A stretch of 64,000 nt of DNA from Alphaproteobacteria bacterium (lineage in GTDB: Bacteria; Pseudomonadota; Alphaproteobacteria; Rs-D84; SZUA-605). Shown piece after piece: positions 50,775 through 60,637 of this stretch. The number at the start of each line of letters is the position of its first letter. Position 1 is the stretch's first letter. The position numbers were made by a program, and so were the translations under genes. The stretch covers positions 67,348 through 131,347 of the forward strand of contig JAVBPW010000001.1 in assembly GCA_031549385.1 (NCBI GenBank). The letters are read 5' to 3'. The notes under the pieces were generated by a model. The model saw only the letters and a program-made list of their open reading frames with translations, was not told the origin of the DNA and made no database searches.

Positions 50775-52670
50775 ATGGATTATCAAATATTTTTAACTTT
50801 AATTTTAATATTATTTATTACTATTATATCTGTTTCTATTTCCAAAAAATTTGGACTTGCGTCTATATTTGGATTTCTAACTTCCGGAATTTTGATTGGA
50901 CCAAATGTTTTTAACCTTTTATCAAATAATCCAACTATTGAAACTTTAGGCAATTATGGAATTGTTTTGCTTTTATTCATTATGGGATTGGAAGTTAAAC
51001 CAAGTACTATTGGAAAAAATTTACGTACTGTGTTTGGTGCTGGATTTTTCCAAATGTTTCTCTGTGCTGCTTTATTTACTGTGGGGGGAATTTTATTTAA
51101 TCTAACTCTTTCTCAAGCTATTGTAGTTGGGCTTGCTTTATCTTATTGTTCTAATGCTTTATGTATGGAATTACTTAGCCAAAGCAACAAAGTTCAATCT
51201 GATTTTGGTAAAACAGCATTTGGAATTTTATTGTTTCATAATATGATGATTATTCCTATTTTAGCATCTATTCCAATTCTTGCTTCTGCTAAAGGAGCTA
51301 CAATACTTCCCCATAACATAGTTGAAACAATTGTTGTTATCGGAATCATATTCTTATTCTTTAGATATTTATTAAATCCACTTTTGAGAATCGTTGCAAA
51401 AGTTAAGTCTCCGGAAATATTTGCTCTTTCATCTGTTGGTATTATTTTGTTTAATACTATTGCTATTTCATTTGTAGGATTTCCATTGCCACTTGCTGGT
51501 TTTATATCTGGAATGATGCTTGCAGATTCTCAATACAGAAACCAAATACATGCTGATATTATTCCATTGAAGGGAGTGCTTCTTGGAATATTCTTTATTA
51601 TGATTGGGATGAGAATAGATTTAATGTTACTTGCTATTAATTATAAATGGATTGCTATACTTGTTGCTATACTTGTGTCTGTAAAATGTATTATAACATA
51701 TACTGTTTCAAGAATTATCCTAAAAAGCTCACGAGCAAATTCTTTAAAGGCTGGATTATTACTTTCTCAATCAGGGGAAGTTGCTTTAATTATATTAAGT
51801 TTAGCTAGTGTAACTTATCAATTATTATCACAATATGAAGCTCAAATATTAATTTTAACAGCTTTAATTTCTATGTTGTTAACTCCACTTTTATTTAGCT
51901 TTATGAAATTTTTAAATATAAAAAACTTGGATAACTTACAAAACGTTGAAGAAGAAGGTTTTACAGGACATGCTATTATTGCTGGCTTTGGAAGAGTAGG
52001 ACAAACTGTTGCTCACCTTTTTGATAAGCTTCATATTCCTTATTGTGCAATTGATTTAGAACCAGATAGAGTTGAAGAAGGACGAGCTGCTGGACTTCCT
52101 ATTTATTATGGAGATGCTACTCGTTATGAGATGCTAAAATCATTAGGAGCTGATAAAGCAGCTGTTGCAGTTGTTGCGTTGGATAATACTTACCAAAATA
52201 AAAAAGTTGTTGCTGCTTTTAAAGAAAATTTTCCAAAAGTTAAAATCTTTGCACGAGCTCGTAACCACGTTGAAGGCGAAGCTTTAAAAGAATTTGGAGT
52301 TTCTACCACAGTTCCTGAAACAACCGAATCATCATTACAACTTGCTTCTGTAGTTTTAACTCAATTAGGTGTAGGCAAAACAGATATTTTCAATGCACTT
52401 AATCAAGTTAGATATAACGATTATGAAGAATTGAAAAATATTATAGAAATAAACTATGCAGATGCAAAAACTCCTAAACAAAGATATGAAAAGATTAATA
52501 AATCACTTGGAATAAGTAAGAAAAAGAAAATCAAGGCACCTGTGATTTATAGTGAGCAAAAAGAAGTGGCTCCTGTCAAAAAGACTGTTAAAAAAGTTGC
52601 TGTTAAGAAAAGCAAACCTAAGACAGTTAAACCTAAACAAACAATCAAAAAAAAGAAGAGTAAGAAATAA
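50775..52670 (+). CDS. kefB: Kef-type K+/H+ antiporter with KTN/TrkA-N domain and poly-Lys C-terminal tail
   Basis: About 12 TM helices. Rossmann IIAGFGRVGQTVA. C-terminal KKTVKKVAVKKSKPKTVKPKQTIKKKKSKK. Confidence 0.7.
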   Translation: MDYQIFLTLILILFITIISVSISKKFGLASIFGFLTSGILIGPNVFNLLSNNPTIETLGNYGIVLLLFIMGLEVKPSTIGKNLRTVFGAGFFQMFLCAALFTVGGILFNLTLSQAIVVGLALSYCSNALCMELLSQSNKVQSDFGKTAFGILLFHNMMIIPILASIPILASAKGATILPHNIVETIVVIGIIFLFFRYLLNPLLRIVAKVKSPEIFALSSVGIILFNTIAISFVGFPLPLAGFISGMMLADSQYRNQIHADIIPLKGVLLGIFFIMIGMRIDLMLLAINYKWIAILVAILVSVKCIITYTVSRIILKSSRANSLKAGLLLSQSGEVALIILSLASVTYQLLSQYEAQILILTALISMLLTPLLFSFMKFLNIKNLDNLQNVEEEGFTGHAIIAGFGRVGQTVAHLFDKLHIPYCAIDLEPDRVEEGRAAGLPIYYGDATRYEMLKSLGADKAAVAVVALDNTYQNKKVVAAFKENFPKVKIFARARNHVEGEALKEFGVSTTVPETTESSLQLASVVLTQLGVGKTDIFNALNQVRYNDYEELKNIIEINYADAKTPKQRYEKINKSLGISKKKKIKAPVIYSEQKEVAPVKKTVKKVAVKKSKPKTVKPKQTIKKKKSKK

Positions 52671-53194
52671 TGAAAAAAATTTATGTTCTGTTGATTATAA
52701 TTGGTGTATTTGTTTTAGACCAAGCAAGTAAGATTTTAATTTTGTTAAACTCATTAGGCTATTTACCATTTGGTGGGGATTTACCACAAGATGGATATTT
52801 TATAGCCTATATAAATGAATTCTTTAATTTTGTTTTATCATTTAATTATGGAATGAGTTTTTCTATGTTGTCATTTTCATCAAAGTGGTTCTTTATTATA
52901 GGAATAATATTAGTATGTACTTTGATTACTGTATGGTTACGTAATGAGAAAGATACTAAAAGACGTATCGCTTATTCATTGATATTAGGAGGAGCTCTCG
53001 GTAATTTATTTGATCGCTTTATGTATGGGGCGGTTGTGGACTTTATAGATTTCCATGTACATCTATACCATTGGCCAACATTTAATTTAGCTGATTCATT
53101 TATTTGCTTAGGTGCATTTATATATTTACTTAGTTTTATTAAAACTAAGAAAAAAGAAACAAACAAAAAAAGGAAAATTAATGTTAGAAAATAA
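52670..53194 (+). CDS. lspA: Lipoprotein signal peptidase II
   Basis: 174 aa. FNYGMSFS and FNLAD motifs. Confidence 0.8.
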   Translation: MKKIYVLLIIIGVFVLDQASKILILLNSLGYLPFGGDLPQDGYFIAYINEFFNFVLSFNYGMSFSMLSFSSKWFFIIGIILVCTLITVWLRNEKDTKRRIAYSLILGGALGNLFDRFMYGAVVDFIDFHVHLYHWPTFNLADSFICLGAFIYLLSFIKTKKKETNKKRKINVRK

Positions 53195-53894
53195 CGCTAT
53201 CGTGACAGACATAAAAGAAATAACGAAAAATATTAAAGAATTTACTGTTAAATTAAATGTAGACGCCGAGCCTTTTAAGGCAGGACAATTTTGTGTATTA
53301 GGATTAACAAATAGTGAAGGTAAGTTTATTTCAAGATCTTATTCTATTGCTTCAAAACCATCTGTTAATACACGTGTGTTTTATATAGTACTTGTTGAAG
53401 ATGGACAACTTACACCACTTTTATTTAATTTGAAAAGGGGAGATGGAATCTTTATGTCACCTCGTGGTGCTGGTCATATGGTTTACGATCATTTTATAGA
53501 TTCAAAAAATTTATTATTCTGTGCAACTGGAACTGGAATTGCACCATTTAGATCTATACTTGATGAATATGAAGCTGATTTAAAACATAAACATATTCAC
53601 CTTCTTCATGGAGTTAGATACAAGCAAGATTTAGGATATAAAGATTATTTTGAAAAATTAGAAAAGAAATATCCTAACTTTAAATATTATCCTGTTGTAT
53701 CTCGTGAAGATTGGGAAGGAAAAAGAGGATATATAGTTGACCTTTTCGAAAATGAAAAAGAAATAAAAGAATTAATTGAAGATAAAAATTTAAAAGTAAT
53801 GATGTGTGGAAATCCTAAGATGGTTGAGACTACTGTTGGAATTTTAGATAAACATGGAATTACTGAAGATAGCATTATAAAAGAAGAGTACTAA
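53181..53894 (+). CDS. fpr: Ferredoxin--NADP+ reductase (FNR family)
   Basis: RSYSIAS FAD motif and GTGIAPF NAD(P) motif. SD AAGGAAA before the ATG at 53181. Confidence 0.65.
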   Translation: MLENNAIVTDIKEITKNIKEFTVKLNVDAEPFKAGQFCVLGLTNSEGKFISRSYSIASKPSVNTRVFYIVLVEDGQLTPLLFNLKRGDGIFMSPRGAGHMVYDHFIDSKNLLFCATGTGIAPFRSILDEYEADLKHKHIHLLHGVRYKQDLGYKDYFEKLEKKYPNFKYYPVVSREDWEGKRGYIVDLFENEKEIKELIEDKNLKVMMCGNPKMVETTVGILDKHGITEDSIIKEEY

Positions 53895-54377
53895 ATGAAA
53901 ATAATTGGAATCGATCCAGGTTTAGTTAATACAGGTTGGGGTATTATAGAGGCTAATGGTAATAAATTAACTTATATTGCTGATGGAACTATTAGACCTA
54001 AACCTACTTTAGCTATGCCAGAAAGATTACTTTCTATTTATGAAGAATTAAAAAATGTTATTGAACAATATAAACCTGAAATTGCGGGACTTGAAGATAC
54101 TTTTGTTTCTAAATTTCCACAATCTACATTAAAACTTGGGCAGGCAAGAGGAGTTGCACTTCTTACTCCTGCTATTTTTAATATACCCGTTAATGAATAT
54201 TCACCTACTATGGTTAAGAAAGCAATTACTGGAGTTGGTAGAGCTGATAAAAATCAAATAGATACTATGGTGAAAACTTTATTGAATATTCATGGAAAAC
54301 TTTCTTCTGAGCATTCTTCTGATGCTCTTGGTATTGCTATTGCTACTAGTTTCTATAATAAGGTTTGTTGTTACTGA
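53895..54377 (+). CDS. ruvC: Crossover junction endodeoxyribonuclease RuvC
   Basis: MKIIGIDPGLVNTGWGII N-terminus and catalytic acidic residues. Confidence 0.85.
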   Translation: MKIIGIDPGLVNTGWGIIEANGNKLTYIADGTIRPKPTLAMPERLLSIYEELKNVIEQYKPEIAGLEDTFVSKFPQSTLKLGQARGVALLTPAIFNIPVNEYSPTMVKKAITGVGRADKNQIDTMVKTLLNIHGKLSSEHSSDALGIAIATSFYNKVCCY

Positions 54378-54436
54378 TAACTTATTAAATTATTAAAAAC
54401 AGGGTTTTTAACAATTTAATAAACTCAATAATAAAC
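54377..54436 (+). repeat. 60-bp dispersed hairpin repeat, copy D
   Basis: ataacttattaaattattaaaaacagggtttttaacaatttaataaactcaataataaac. Confidence 0.6.
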
Positions 54437-54454
54437 ACATGTATATTTAGTGTT

Positions 54455-55912
54455 TTATTTTTTTAGAATTTTTGATGGAGTGTTATCAAATTTAAATAAA
54501 TCTTCTAAACATTGTCCTACATTAAATAATGTTTGTTCTTCAAAATGATTTGAATTTAATTGCAAACCAATTGGAAGATTATCACTGTTTAATTTTAATG
54601 GGACATGAAGCCCTGGAACACCTGCTATATTTGCAGATACTGTGAATATATCACAAGCGTATTCTTCCAATGGTGATAATTGTTTATCCAATTCAAATGC
54701 AGCTGTTGGAGTTGTCGGGCTTAATAATACATCCACTTGTTCAAAAGCTTTTTTATAATCTTGGTAAATTAAATTTCTTATCTTTGCAGCTTTAGTATAA
54801 TATGCATCATAATAACCTGATGATAATACAAAAGTTCCTGTTAAGATTCTACGTTTTACTTCTTGTCCGAATCCTTGTTCCCTTGTATTACAATATATTT
54901 CATCAAGAGTATTTCCTGTTACTCTTAAACCATAACGAATTCCATCATAACGAGCTAAATTAGCTGATGCTTCTGCTGGTGCTATTATATAATATGCAGG
55001 AAGAGCATATTGTAAATTTGGTAGTGATACTTCAATTATTTCTGCGCCCTGCTCTTTTAACTTATTTGCAGCATCAACCCATAATGCTTTTATTTCAGGT
55101 GATAAACCTTCAAGGTCAGCTTCTTTTATTATTCCTACTTTTAATCCTTTTACTGACGGATTTATTTGTTTGCTGTATTCTGAAATTTTAACGTCATAAG
55201 AAGTTGAATCCATTTTATCATGACCTGCCATGTGTTCTAATATTAATGCAGTGTCATAAACAGTTCTTCCAAAACATCCAGGGTGATCTAATGATGATGC
55301 GAAGGCAATTATTCCAAAACGAGAACATAGTCCGTATGTTGGTTTAATTCCTACTATTCCACATAGTGATGCTGGTTGTCTTATTGATCCACCTGTATCT
55401 GTTCCTGTTGCTGCCATACATAACCCAGCGGCTACGGCAGCCGCTGATCCACCTGATGATCCACCTGGTGTTAATTTTTTATTATACGGGTTTAATACAT
55501 TTCCAAAATATGAAGTTTTATTTGTTGAGCCCATTGCATATTCGTCTAAATTCAATTTGCCAAGTAAACAAATGCCTGCATCTTCTAATTTCTTTGTGAT
55601 AGTTGCATCATATTGTGGAATGAAATTTTCAAGCATATGAGATGCGGCTGTAGTTCTTATGTCTTTTGTGCAAAATAAATCTTTTAATCCAAATGGAATA
55701 CCTTCTAAACTTCTTGCTGTTCCATCAGCATATTTTTTGTCAGATTCTTTTGCATCTTGTAATGCTTTTTCAAATGTTGTTGTAATATAAGCATTGATAT
55801 CCATATTTTCCTTTATATGGTCAATATGAGCTTGAGTTAACTCTGTTGATGTTATTTCTTTAGCTTTTAGCATTTGCAAAGCTTGCTTTATTGTTAAATC
55901 TGTTAATTTCAT
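54455..55912 (-). CDS. gatA: Glutamyl-tRNA(Gln) amidotransferase subunit A
   Basis: 485 aa amidase-signature protein (GGSSGGSAAAVA). Follows gatC. Confidence 0.9.
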   Translation of the reverse strand: MKLTDLTIKQALQMLKAKEITSTELTQAHIDHIKENMDINAYITTTFEKALQDAKESDKKYADGTARSLEGIPFGLKDLFCTKDIRTTAASHMLENFIPQYDATITKKLEDAGICLLGKLNLDEYAMGSTNKTSYFGNVLNPYNKKLTPGGSSGGSAAAVAAGLCMAATGTDTGGSIRQPASLCGIVGIKPTYGLCSRFGIIAFASSLDHPGCFGRTVYDTALILEHMAGHDKMDSTSYDVKISEYSKQINPSVKGLKVGIIKEADLEGLSPEIKALWVDAANKLKEQGAEIIEVSLPNLQYALPAYYIIAPAEASANLARYDGIRYGLRVTGNTLDEIYCNTREQGFGQEVKRRILTGTFVLSSGYYDAYYTKAAKIRNLIYQDYKKAFEQVDVLLSPTTPTAAFELDKQLSPLEEYACDIFTVSANIAGVPGLHVPLKLNSDNLPIGLQLNSNHFEEQTLFNVGQCLEDLFKFDNTPSKILKK

Positions 55913-56205
55913 TATTTCACTACCTTAGGTGTTGCAAAAAATTCTTTATTTATATCTGTTTGTGGAGCATTAAACAAAACTTGTTCTCTTGTTCCAAATG
56001 GAATTACTTCATCTTTTCTGGTTGGAAGAGGATTGGTAAATACGCTAAACATAGGTTCTACATTTTGAGTGTCTACTTTTTCAAGCATCGATACCCAATT
56101 CAAAATATTAGTCAAGTTATTTGATACCTCATCAATTTGGTCATCTTTTATTCCAATTCTTGATAATAGAGCTAATTTTTTTACTATTTTTTCATTTATT
56201 TCCAT
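55912..56205 (-). CDS. gatC: Glutamyl-tRNA(Gln) amidotransferase subunit C
   Basis: 97 aa from the internal Met (MEINEKIVKKLALLSRI...). Typical GatC size and position. Confidence 0.7.
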   Translation of the reverse strand: MEINEKIVKKLALLSRIGIKDDQIDEVSNNLTNILNWVSMLEKVDTQNVEPMFSVFTNPLPTRKDEVIPFGTREQVLFNAPQTDINKEFFATPKVVK

Positions 56206-56329
56206 AAGAAACCTCTTGTTTTTTTCAAATATAGGGAATTTAACATAAGTTTTTTGAAAAAACAACTTTTTTATATTGCAAAAATGCCTTTTAATTTTTA
56301 TTATTAGTGGAACTAATTAAGGAGATGAG

Positions 56330-57637
56330 ATGAGAAAAATTCTATTTGTTATTTGCGCTTTTTTTACATTTAATACTTTTGCAAAAATTGACGTTGATAT
56401 TGTTGGTGGGAAATTGGATCCTATTCCTATTGCTATACAACCTTTTGAAGCTGAAGCAAGTTTGGCTAAAATTGCTAATGACCTTTATACTGTTATCGGA
56501 AATGATTTAACTTACAGTGGTATGTTTAAGATTATTGATCCTGAAGCTTTTATCAATAGAACTGATAAAGTTGGTGCTCTTCCTACTTTTAATGATTGGA
56601 AGATTATTAATGCTAATATACTTGTACAAGCAAAGATTACTAAAAAAGATTTAACAAATATGAGAATTGAATTTTATATTTGGGACGTTGTTGAAGGAAA
56701 ACAAGTTCACGCTGAAGCTTTAGTGTCTTTAAATTCTAATTGGAGACGTATGGCTCATATTATGGCTGATACTATTTATAAAGCATTAACAGGAGATTCT
56801 GGATACTTTGATTCAAGAGTTGTTTATGTTTCTGAATATGGAGACAGAACTCATAGAATTAAAAGACTTGCTATTATGGATTGGGACGGTGAAAACCATA
56901 AATTCTTAACTGATGAAAAGACTTTAGTGCTTACACCTCGATTTGCGCCTAATATGCAAAAGATTGCTTTCTTGTCATACTTTAAAGAAGTTCCAAAAGT
57001 TTATACATTTGATCTTCAAACTGGAGCTCAAGATTCTTTAGGCGATTTTCCTGGTATGACTTTTGCACCTCGTTTCTCACCTGATGGAACTAAAATGCTT
57101 TTATCTCAAGAAATGAATGGAAATTCTGATATATATGAAGTTAATCTTGCTACTAAAGAAAAGAAACGATTAACTAATCACCCTGCTATTGATACTTCAC
57201 CATGTTATTCACCTGATGGAAAAAAGATTGTGTTTAACTCTGATAGAGATGGCCCGCCTTCTATCTATACTATGAATGCAGATGGAAGTGATGTTAAGCG
57301 TATTACATTTAATGCTGGGAAATATTTTACTCCTGTATGGAGCCCCCGTGGAGATTTAATAGCATTTACTAAAATACAAGGTGGACAATTCTATATCGGT
57401 GTTGTTTTCCCTGATGGAGATGCTGAGAGAACTTTAGTTAAAAGTAATGATGTTATTGAAGGACCTTCTTGGGCACCTAATGGAAGACGTATTTTATACT
57501 TCAAAGAAGAATTAATTAATAAAGGTAAAGAAGTTAGAACAAGAATTTATAGTATTGATCTTACTGGTTACCACCAATTTGAAGTGAAGACTCCAAAAGA
57601 TGCGAGTGATCCTGCGTGGTCTCCATTACTTAAATAG
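56330..57637 (+). CDS. tolB: Tol-Pal system periplasmic protein TolB
   Basis: 435 aa. Signal peptide, N-terminal TolB domain, beta-propeller repeats (SPDG..., PxWSP). Confidence 0.85.
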   Translation: MRKILFVICAFFTFNTFAKIDVDIVGGKLDPIPIAIQPFEAEASLAKIANDLYTVIGNDLTYSGMFKIIDPEAFINRTDKVGALPTFNDWKIINANILVQAKITKKDLTNMRIEFYIWDVVEGKQVHAEALVSLNSNWRRMAHIMADTIYKALTGDSGYFDSRVVYVSEYGDRTHRIKRLAIMDWDGENHKFLTDEKTLVLTPRFAPNMQKIAFLSYFKEVPKVYTFDLQTGAQDSLGDFPGMTFAPRFSPDGTKMLLSQEMNGNSDIYEVNLATKEKKRLTNHPAIDTSPCYSPDGKKIVFNSDRDGPPSIYTMNADGSDVKRITFNAGKYFTPVWSPRGDLIAFTKIQGGQFYIGVVFPDGDAERTLVKSNDVIEGPSWAPNGRRILYFKEELINKGKEVRTRIYSIDLTGYHQFEVKTPKDASDPAWSPLLK

Positions 57638-57685
57638 TATTTACTGTAACAGTAAATACTCCCAAACTAGTTTTGGGATTTTTTT
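57638..57685 (+). terminator. Two tandem hairpins after tolB (gtatttactgtaacagtaaatac; cccaaactagttttggg + T-run)
   Basis: Perfect 10-bp palindrome, then an 8-bp-stem hairpin with T7. Confidence 0.6.
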
Positions 57686-57747
57686 ATAACCTATTAAATT
57701 ATTAAAAACAGGGTTTTTAACAATTTAACAGGTTTAATAACAATAAT
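57686..57747 (+). repeat. 60-bp dispersed hairpin repeat, copy E
   Basis: ataacctattaaattattaaaaacagggtttttaacaatttaacaggtttaataacaataat. Confidence 0.6.
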
Positions 57748-57767
57748 ATTATTTAAATTGGTTATTT

Positions 57768-57965
57768 TTATATTTTTGGATATTTTTCTTTTATTGATTT
57801 TTGTTTCTCAATAAATTTTTCAATTCCATTTTCTATTATAAATTCTAATTGCTCTGATGGAGAACCATATTCTTTTGATCTTTTTTCAAAATATGTTTCT
57901 TCTTGAGATAAAGGAGCTTTTGGCTCTTCAATTTTTTCTAATATTCCGTTTGTAAATTTATACAT
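57768..57965 (-). CDS. Small protein (65 aa) translationally coupled to tail-fibre-like gene (TAA-A-ATG)
   Basis: Start is 1 nt after the upstream stop, with an AGGAAT SD inside the upstream gene. Acidic/Lys-rich. Possible fibre chaperone. Confidence 0.4.
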   Translation of the reverse strand: MYKFTNGILEKIEEPKAPLSQEETYFEKRSKEYGSPSEQLEFIIENGIEKFIEKQKSIKEKYPKI

Positions 57966-57966
57966 T

Positions 57967-59157
57967 TTAATTCCTTTCGTCTATAAAGCCCATTATGTGT
58001 AGATAGTATCCTAAAGCACCACCTTGAAGTAGTTGCAATCTTATATAATAACCTCCATCTTGATTTACTGGATAACTATCTACTACTACAGTTACTCCAC
58101 TTAATGGATTTGTTTTTACTAATAATTTTGCAGGGTCAGTTGAATGATATCTCATTTCAATTAAAAAATTATATCCTTCTACAGATAGTATCGGACGAAT
58201 CAAGTTTCCAAAGCCAATATCAACAAATTCAAAATTTTTATTTACTATTTGATAATCTAGTTGAATTTTTGGAGTGAATACTCTTACTGCTCCTCCTGCT
58301 TGTTCAAATGTAGTTATTTGAAGAATATTACCTGTTGAATCTGTTTTTATTATTCCTACTCTTCTGAACTTTGTAAAACTTCCTGAATTTTTTATTAAGT
58401 TAACTGCATTTTTGTCTGTATCAAACCCTGCGTCTACTTCCATTGTTTTTGGATTTAGTAAAACAAATACATAATAAACTTGATTATTTAACATAACCAT
58501 GTTTGGTGCAAGACCACCTGAAGTTGTTCCTTTTTCAAAATTCAAATTTAACTTCTTACTTATTGGAGATTTTAATACTATATCACAAGTATCCTCATAA
58601 TCTCTTGCACGACCTTTAGAAATTACTATTTCTTTATTGATATTAGTTGTAAGATTTGAAACTAATAAACCTTCTATATATCTTGGAGGAAGACCTACAT
58701 ATTCCATTAGAGTTTCTTTATATATGTGAGGAGTTATTGCTTTATCTGTATTTTGACCATCAATTGCTTCTTGTTTTGTCGCAAGAGAGATTACCCCTCT
58801 TTTGTTTGAACTTGCATAGCTTTCTTGAGTGCAATTGCTTAAGTCATTTTTTAATAAACCTTTTGCAAGAAGAGTTGATGTGTCTACATTGCTTAAATCA
58901 GTTTTTACTATACCTTTGTCTGTAAATACTTCATCTGATACGTTTGATAAATTTGAATCTGTTAAACCTTTATTTAATAAAGTTTGAAGTTCTACATTTT
59001 CTAAATCTTCCCTTGCTAGAGGCATTCCACCTACTGTTTTGTTGTCATGAATCACTCCTGTTGATTTGTCTGTGTCTACTGTAATTTCTCCTGAAAGACC
59101 GGTAAACAACCCATGTTTGGCAGTTGAGCCACGACGAAATTGTACTGCTTTTGTCAT
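57967..59157 (-). CDS. Phage tail-fibre-like protein (396 aa)
   Basis: SD AAAGGAAT. N-terminus MTKAVQFRRGSTA...GEITVDTD...VIHDNKTVGG resembles the tail-fibre/Mtd N-domain. Repeated DLSNV units. SLATKQEAIDGQNTDKAITP matches the widespread tail-fibre ATxxEAxxGTDxxKAxTP motif. Confidence 0.5.
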   Translation of the reverse strand: MTKAVQFRRGSTAKHGLFTGLSGEITVDTDKSTGVIHDNKTVGGMPLAREDLENVELQTLLNKGLTDSNLSNVSDEVFTDKGIVKTDLSNVDTSTLLAKGLLKNDLSNCTQESYASSNKRGVISLATKQEAIDGQNTDKAITPHIYKETLMEYVGLPPRYIEGLLVSNLTTNINKEIVISKGRARDYEDTCDIVLKSPISKKLNLNFEKGTTSGGLAPNMVMLNNQVYYVFVLLNPKTMEVDAGFDTDKNAVNLIKNSGSFTKFRRVGIIKTDSTGNILQITTFEQAGGAVRVFTPKIQLDYQIVNKNFEFVDIGFGNLIRPILSVEGYNFLIEMRYHSTDPAKLLVKTNPLSGVTVVVDSYPVNQDGGYYIRLQLLQGGALGYYLHIMGFIDERN

Positions 59158-59185
59158 TTTATATTCCTTTATATTTAAAATAAAA

Positions 59186-59215
59186 AATACCAAAATAAAT
59201 TAATATTTTGGTATT
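59186..59215 (-). terminator. Perfect palindrome aataccaaaataaattaatattttggtatt flanked by A/T runs
   Basis: 12-bp stem with A6 upstream and A6 downstream on the plus strand, so a T-run on the minus strand. Sits between the membrane-protein array and the tail-fibre gene. Confidence 0.5.
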
Positions 59216-59281
59216 AAAAAATGGGCACTATTGTCCCATAAATCTTTGTTTATTATACAAAATATTTTTCAAAAAGTCAAG

Positions 59282-60637
59282 TTATTTCTTTTTATATATC
59301 TTTGCCATAATACTTTTTGCTTGAGCTTTTTGAGTATTTTCAACACTTGTAACTTGAGCATTTATGTAATTTTTTACGTTGTTTGTAAAGCTTGCTTCTT
59401 TTAGTAAACCTTCAGCTTCTTTTTTTAATATTGTAAACATATAAAAACCTAATTGTAAGCCAAATATCATCTTTAACCAGTTAATCCAATTTGCAGGATT
59501 GTGGAAACCTGCTATTAGACCCGCAATTACTGTTCCTTTTATTTCACCATTGTCATCATAAAATACACTGTCTGGATTCATTAAATCTTTTGCTTGAAGC
59601 ATATTGTCACCTGCCGACATACCTGTTGGAATATCAATTACCATTTCACCAAGAACGTATTGTAAGAAGATTCCTAAAATTCCAATAGCTACCGACCAAA
59701 ATAGAAAACCCAATACTCCATTCTTAAACATATTAACTATATTAGCTCGCCAACCACTTGCAAATTTTAAAAATCCACTTTCTTCATTTTCTAATGCATA
59801 TGAAAATATAGCTAGAGGGAATAACATTATAGACAAACATATCTGAAGTATTACAGATATCATCATCCATAACATTTCAAGCCCAAGACTAAACCCTTTG
59901 GTTATGAAAAAAAATCCTACAGAAAAAACTACATATGACATATATTCAAGTGCTTTACTTACAATTCTGCCAACATAAGGAATCATGTTTGCAAAAAATG
60001 AACCTATAAATTCTCCTGCTGATGTTACCGTCATCCAAGTTCCTAGCCTCATTAAAACATCAATTTGTTTTGCACTTATGTTTACTGGGCAAACTATTTT
60101 TGCTTTTGTTTCTGCAGAGATTGCCTCATCAGCTTCTGGATTTGCTTCTTTTGTGTAATTTTCTACACACTTTTCATAATTACTATCTACATTAACCATA
60201 AATCCTGTTGTATAGGTGGAGGCTAAATTTAATATTGGATCAACTGTTATTTCAAAAAGAAACTTTTGATTAGTGTTTAAAAGTATTAATGAAATAAGAA
60301 CAAAGAAGAGTCTTTTCCAAAAACTTTTTCTTAAAAATTTATAATCTTCTTGATTTAATATTACTCTTATTACTATTCCCGCTATGTAAAACAAAAAGAA
60401 TATGTAGATCAAATTTCTTACTAATTTAGCTAAAAGTTCTGCAGTTGAATATGCAAGTGGAGATAAAGCATCAAGAACAATCATGCCTAATGATGATATC
60501 CAATTAGGTATATTTCCTGTTACTTCAATAACATCTCTTGTTATTACTCTGGTACCAGTTTTAAGAACTTGAGCATAAAGAGCATCACAGCTTAAACATA
60601 ATAATACAATCATAAATAGGAATAAAATTTTCTTCAT
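59282..60637 (-). CDS. Polytopic membrane protein paralog 3 (451 aa), signal peptide; VirB6/TrbL-like architecture
   Basis: Signal peptide MKKILFLFMIVLLCLSCDALYA. Multiple TM helices. Shares LxxPLxI...E...W motif block with the two upstream genes. Confidence 0.45.
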   Translation of the reverse strand: MKKILFLFMIVLLCLSCDALYAQVLKTGTRVITRDVIEVTGNIPNWISSLGMIVLDALSPLAYSTAELLAKLVRNLIYIFFLFYIAGIVIRVILNQEDYKFLRKSFWKRLFFVLISLILLNTNQKFLFEITVDPILNLASTYTTGFMVNVDSNYEKCVENYTKEANPEADEAISAETKAKIVCPVNISAKQIDVLMRLGTWMTVTSAGEFIGSFFANMIPYVGRIVSKALEYMSYVVFSVGFFFITKGFSLGLEMLWMMISVILQICLSIMLFPLAIFSYALENEESGFLKFASGWRANIVNMFKNGVLGFLFWSVAIGILGIFLQYVLGEMVIDIPTGMSAGDNMLQAKDLMNPDSVFYDDNGEIKGTVIAGLIAGFHNPANWINWLKMIFGLQLGFYMFTILKKEAEGLLKEASFTNNVKNYINAQVTSVENTQKAQAKSIMAKIYKKK

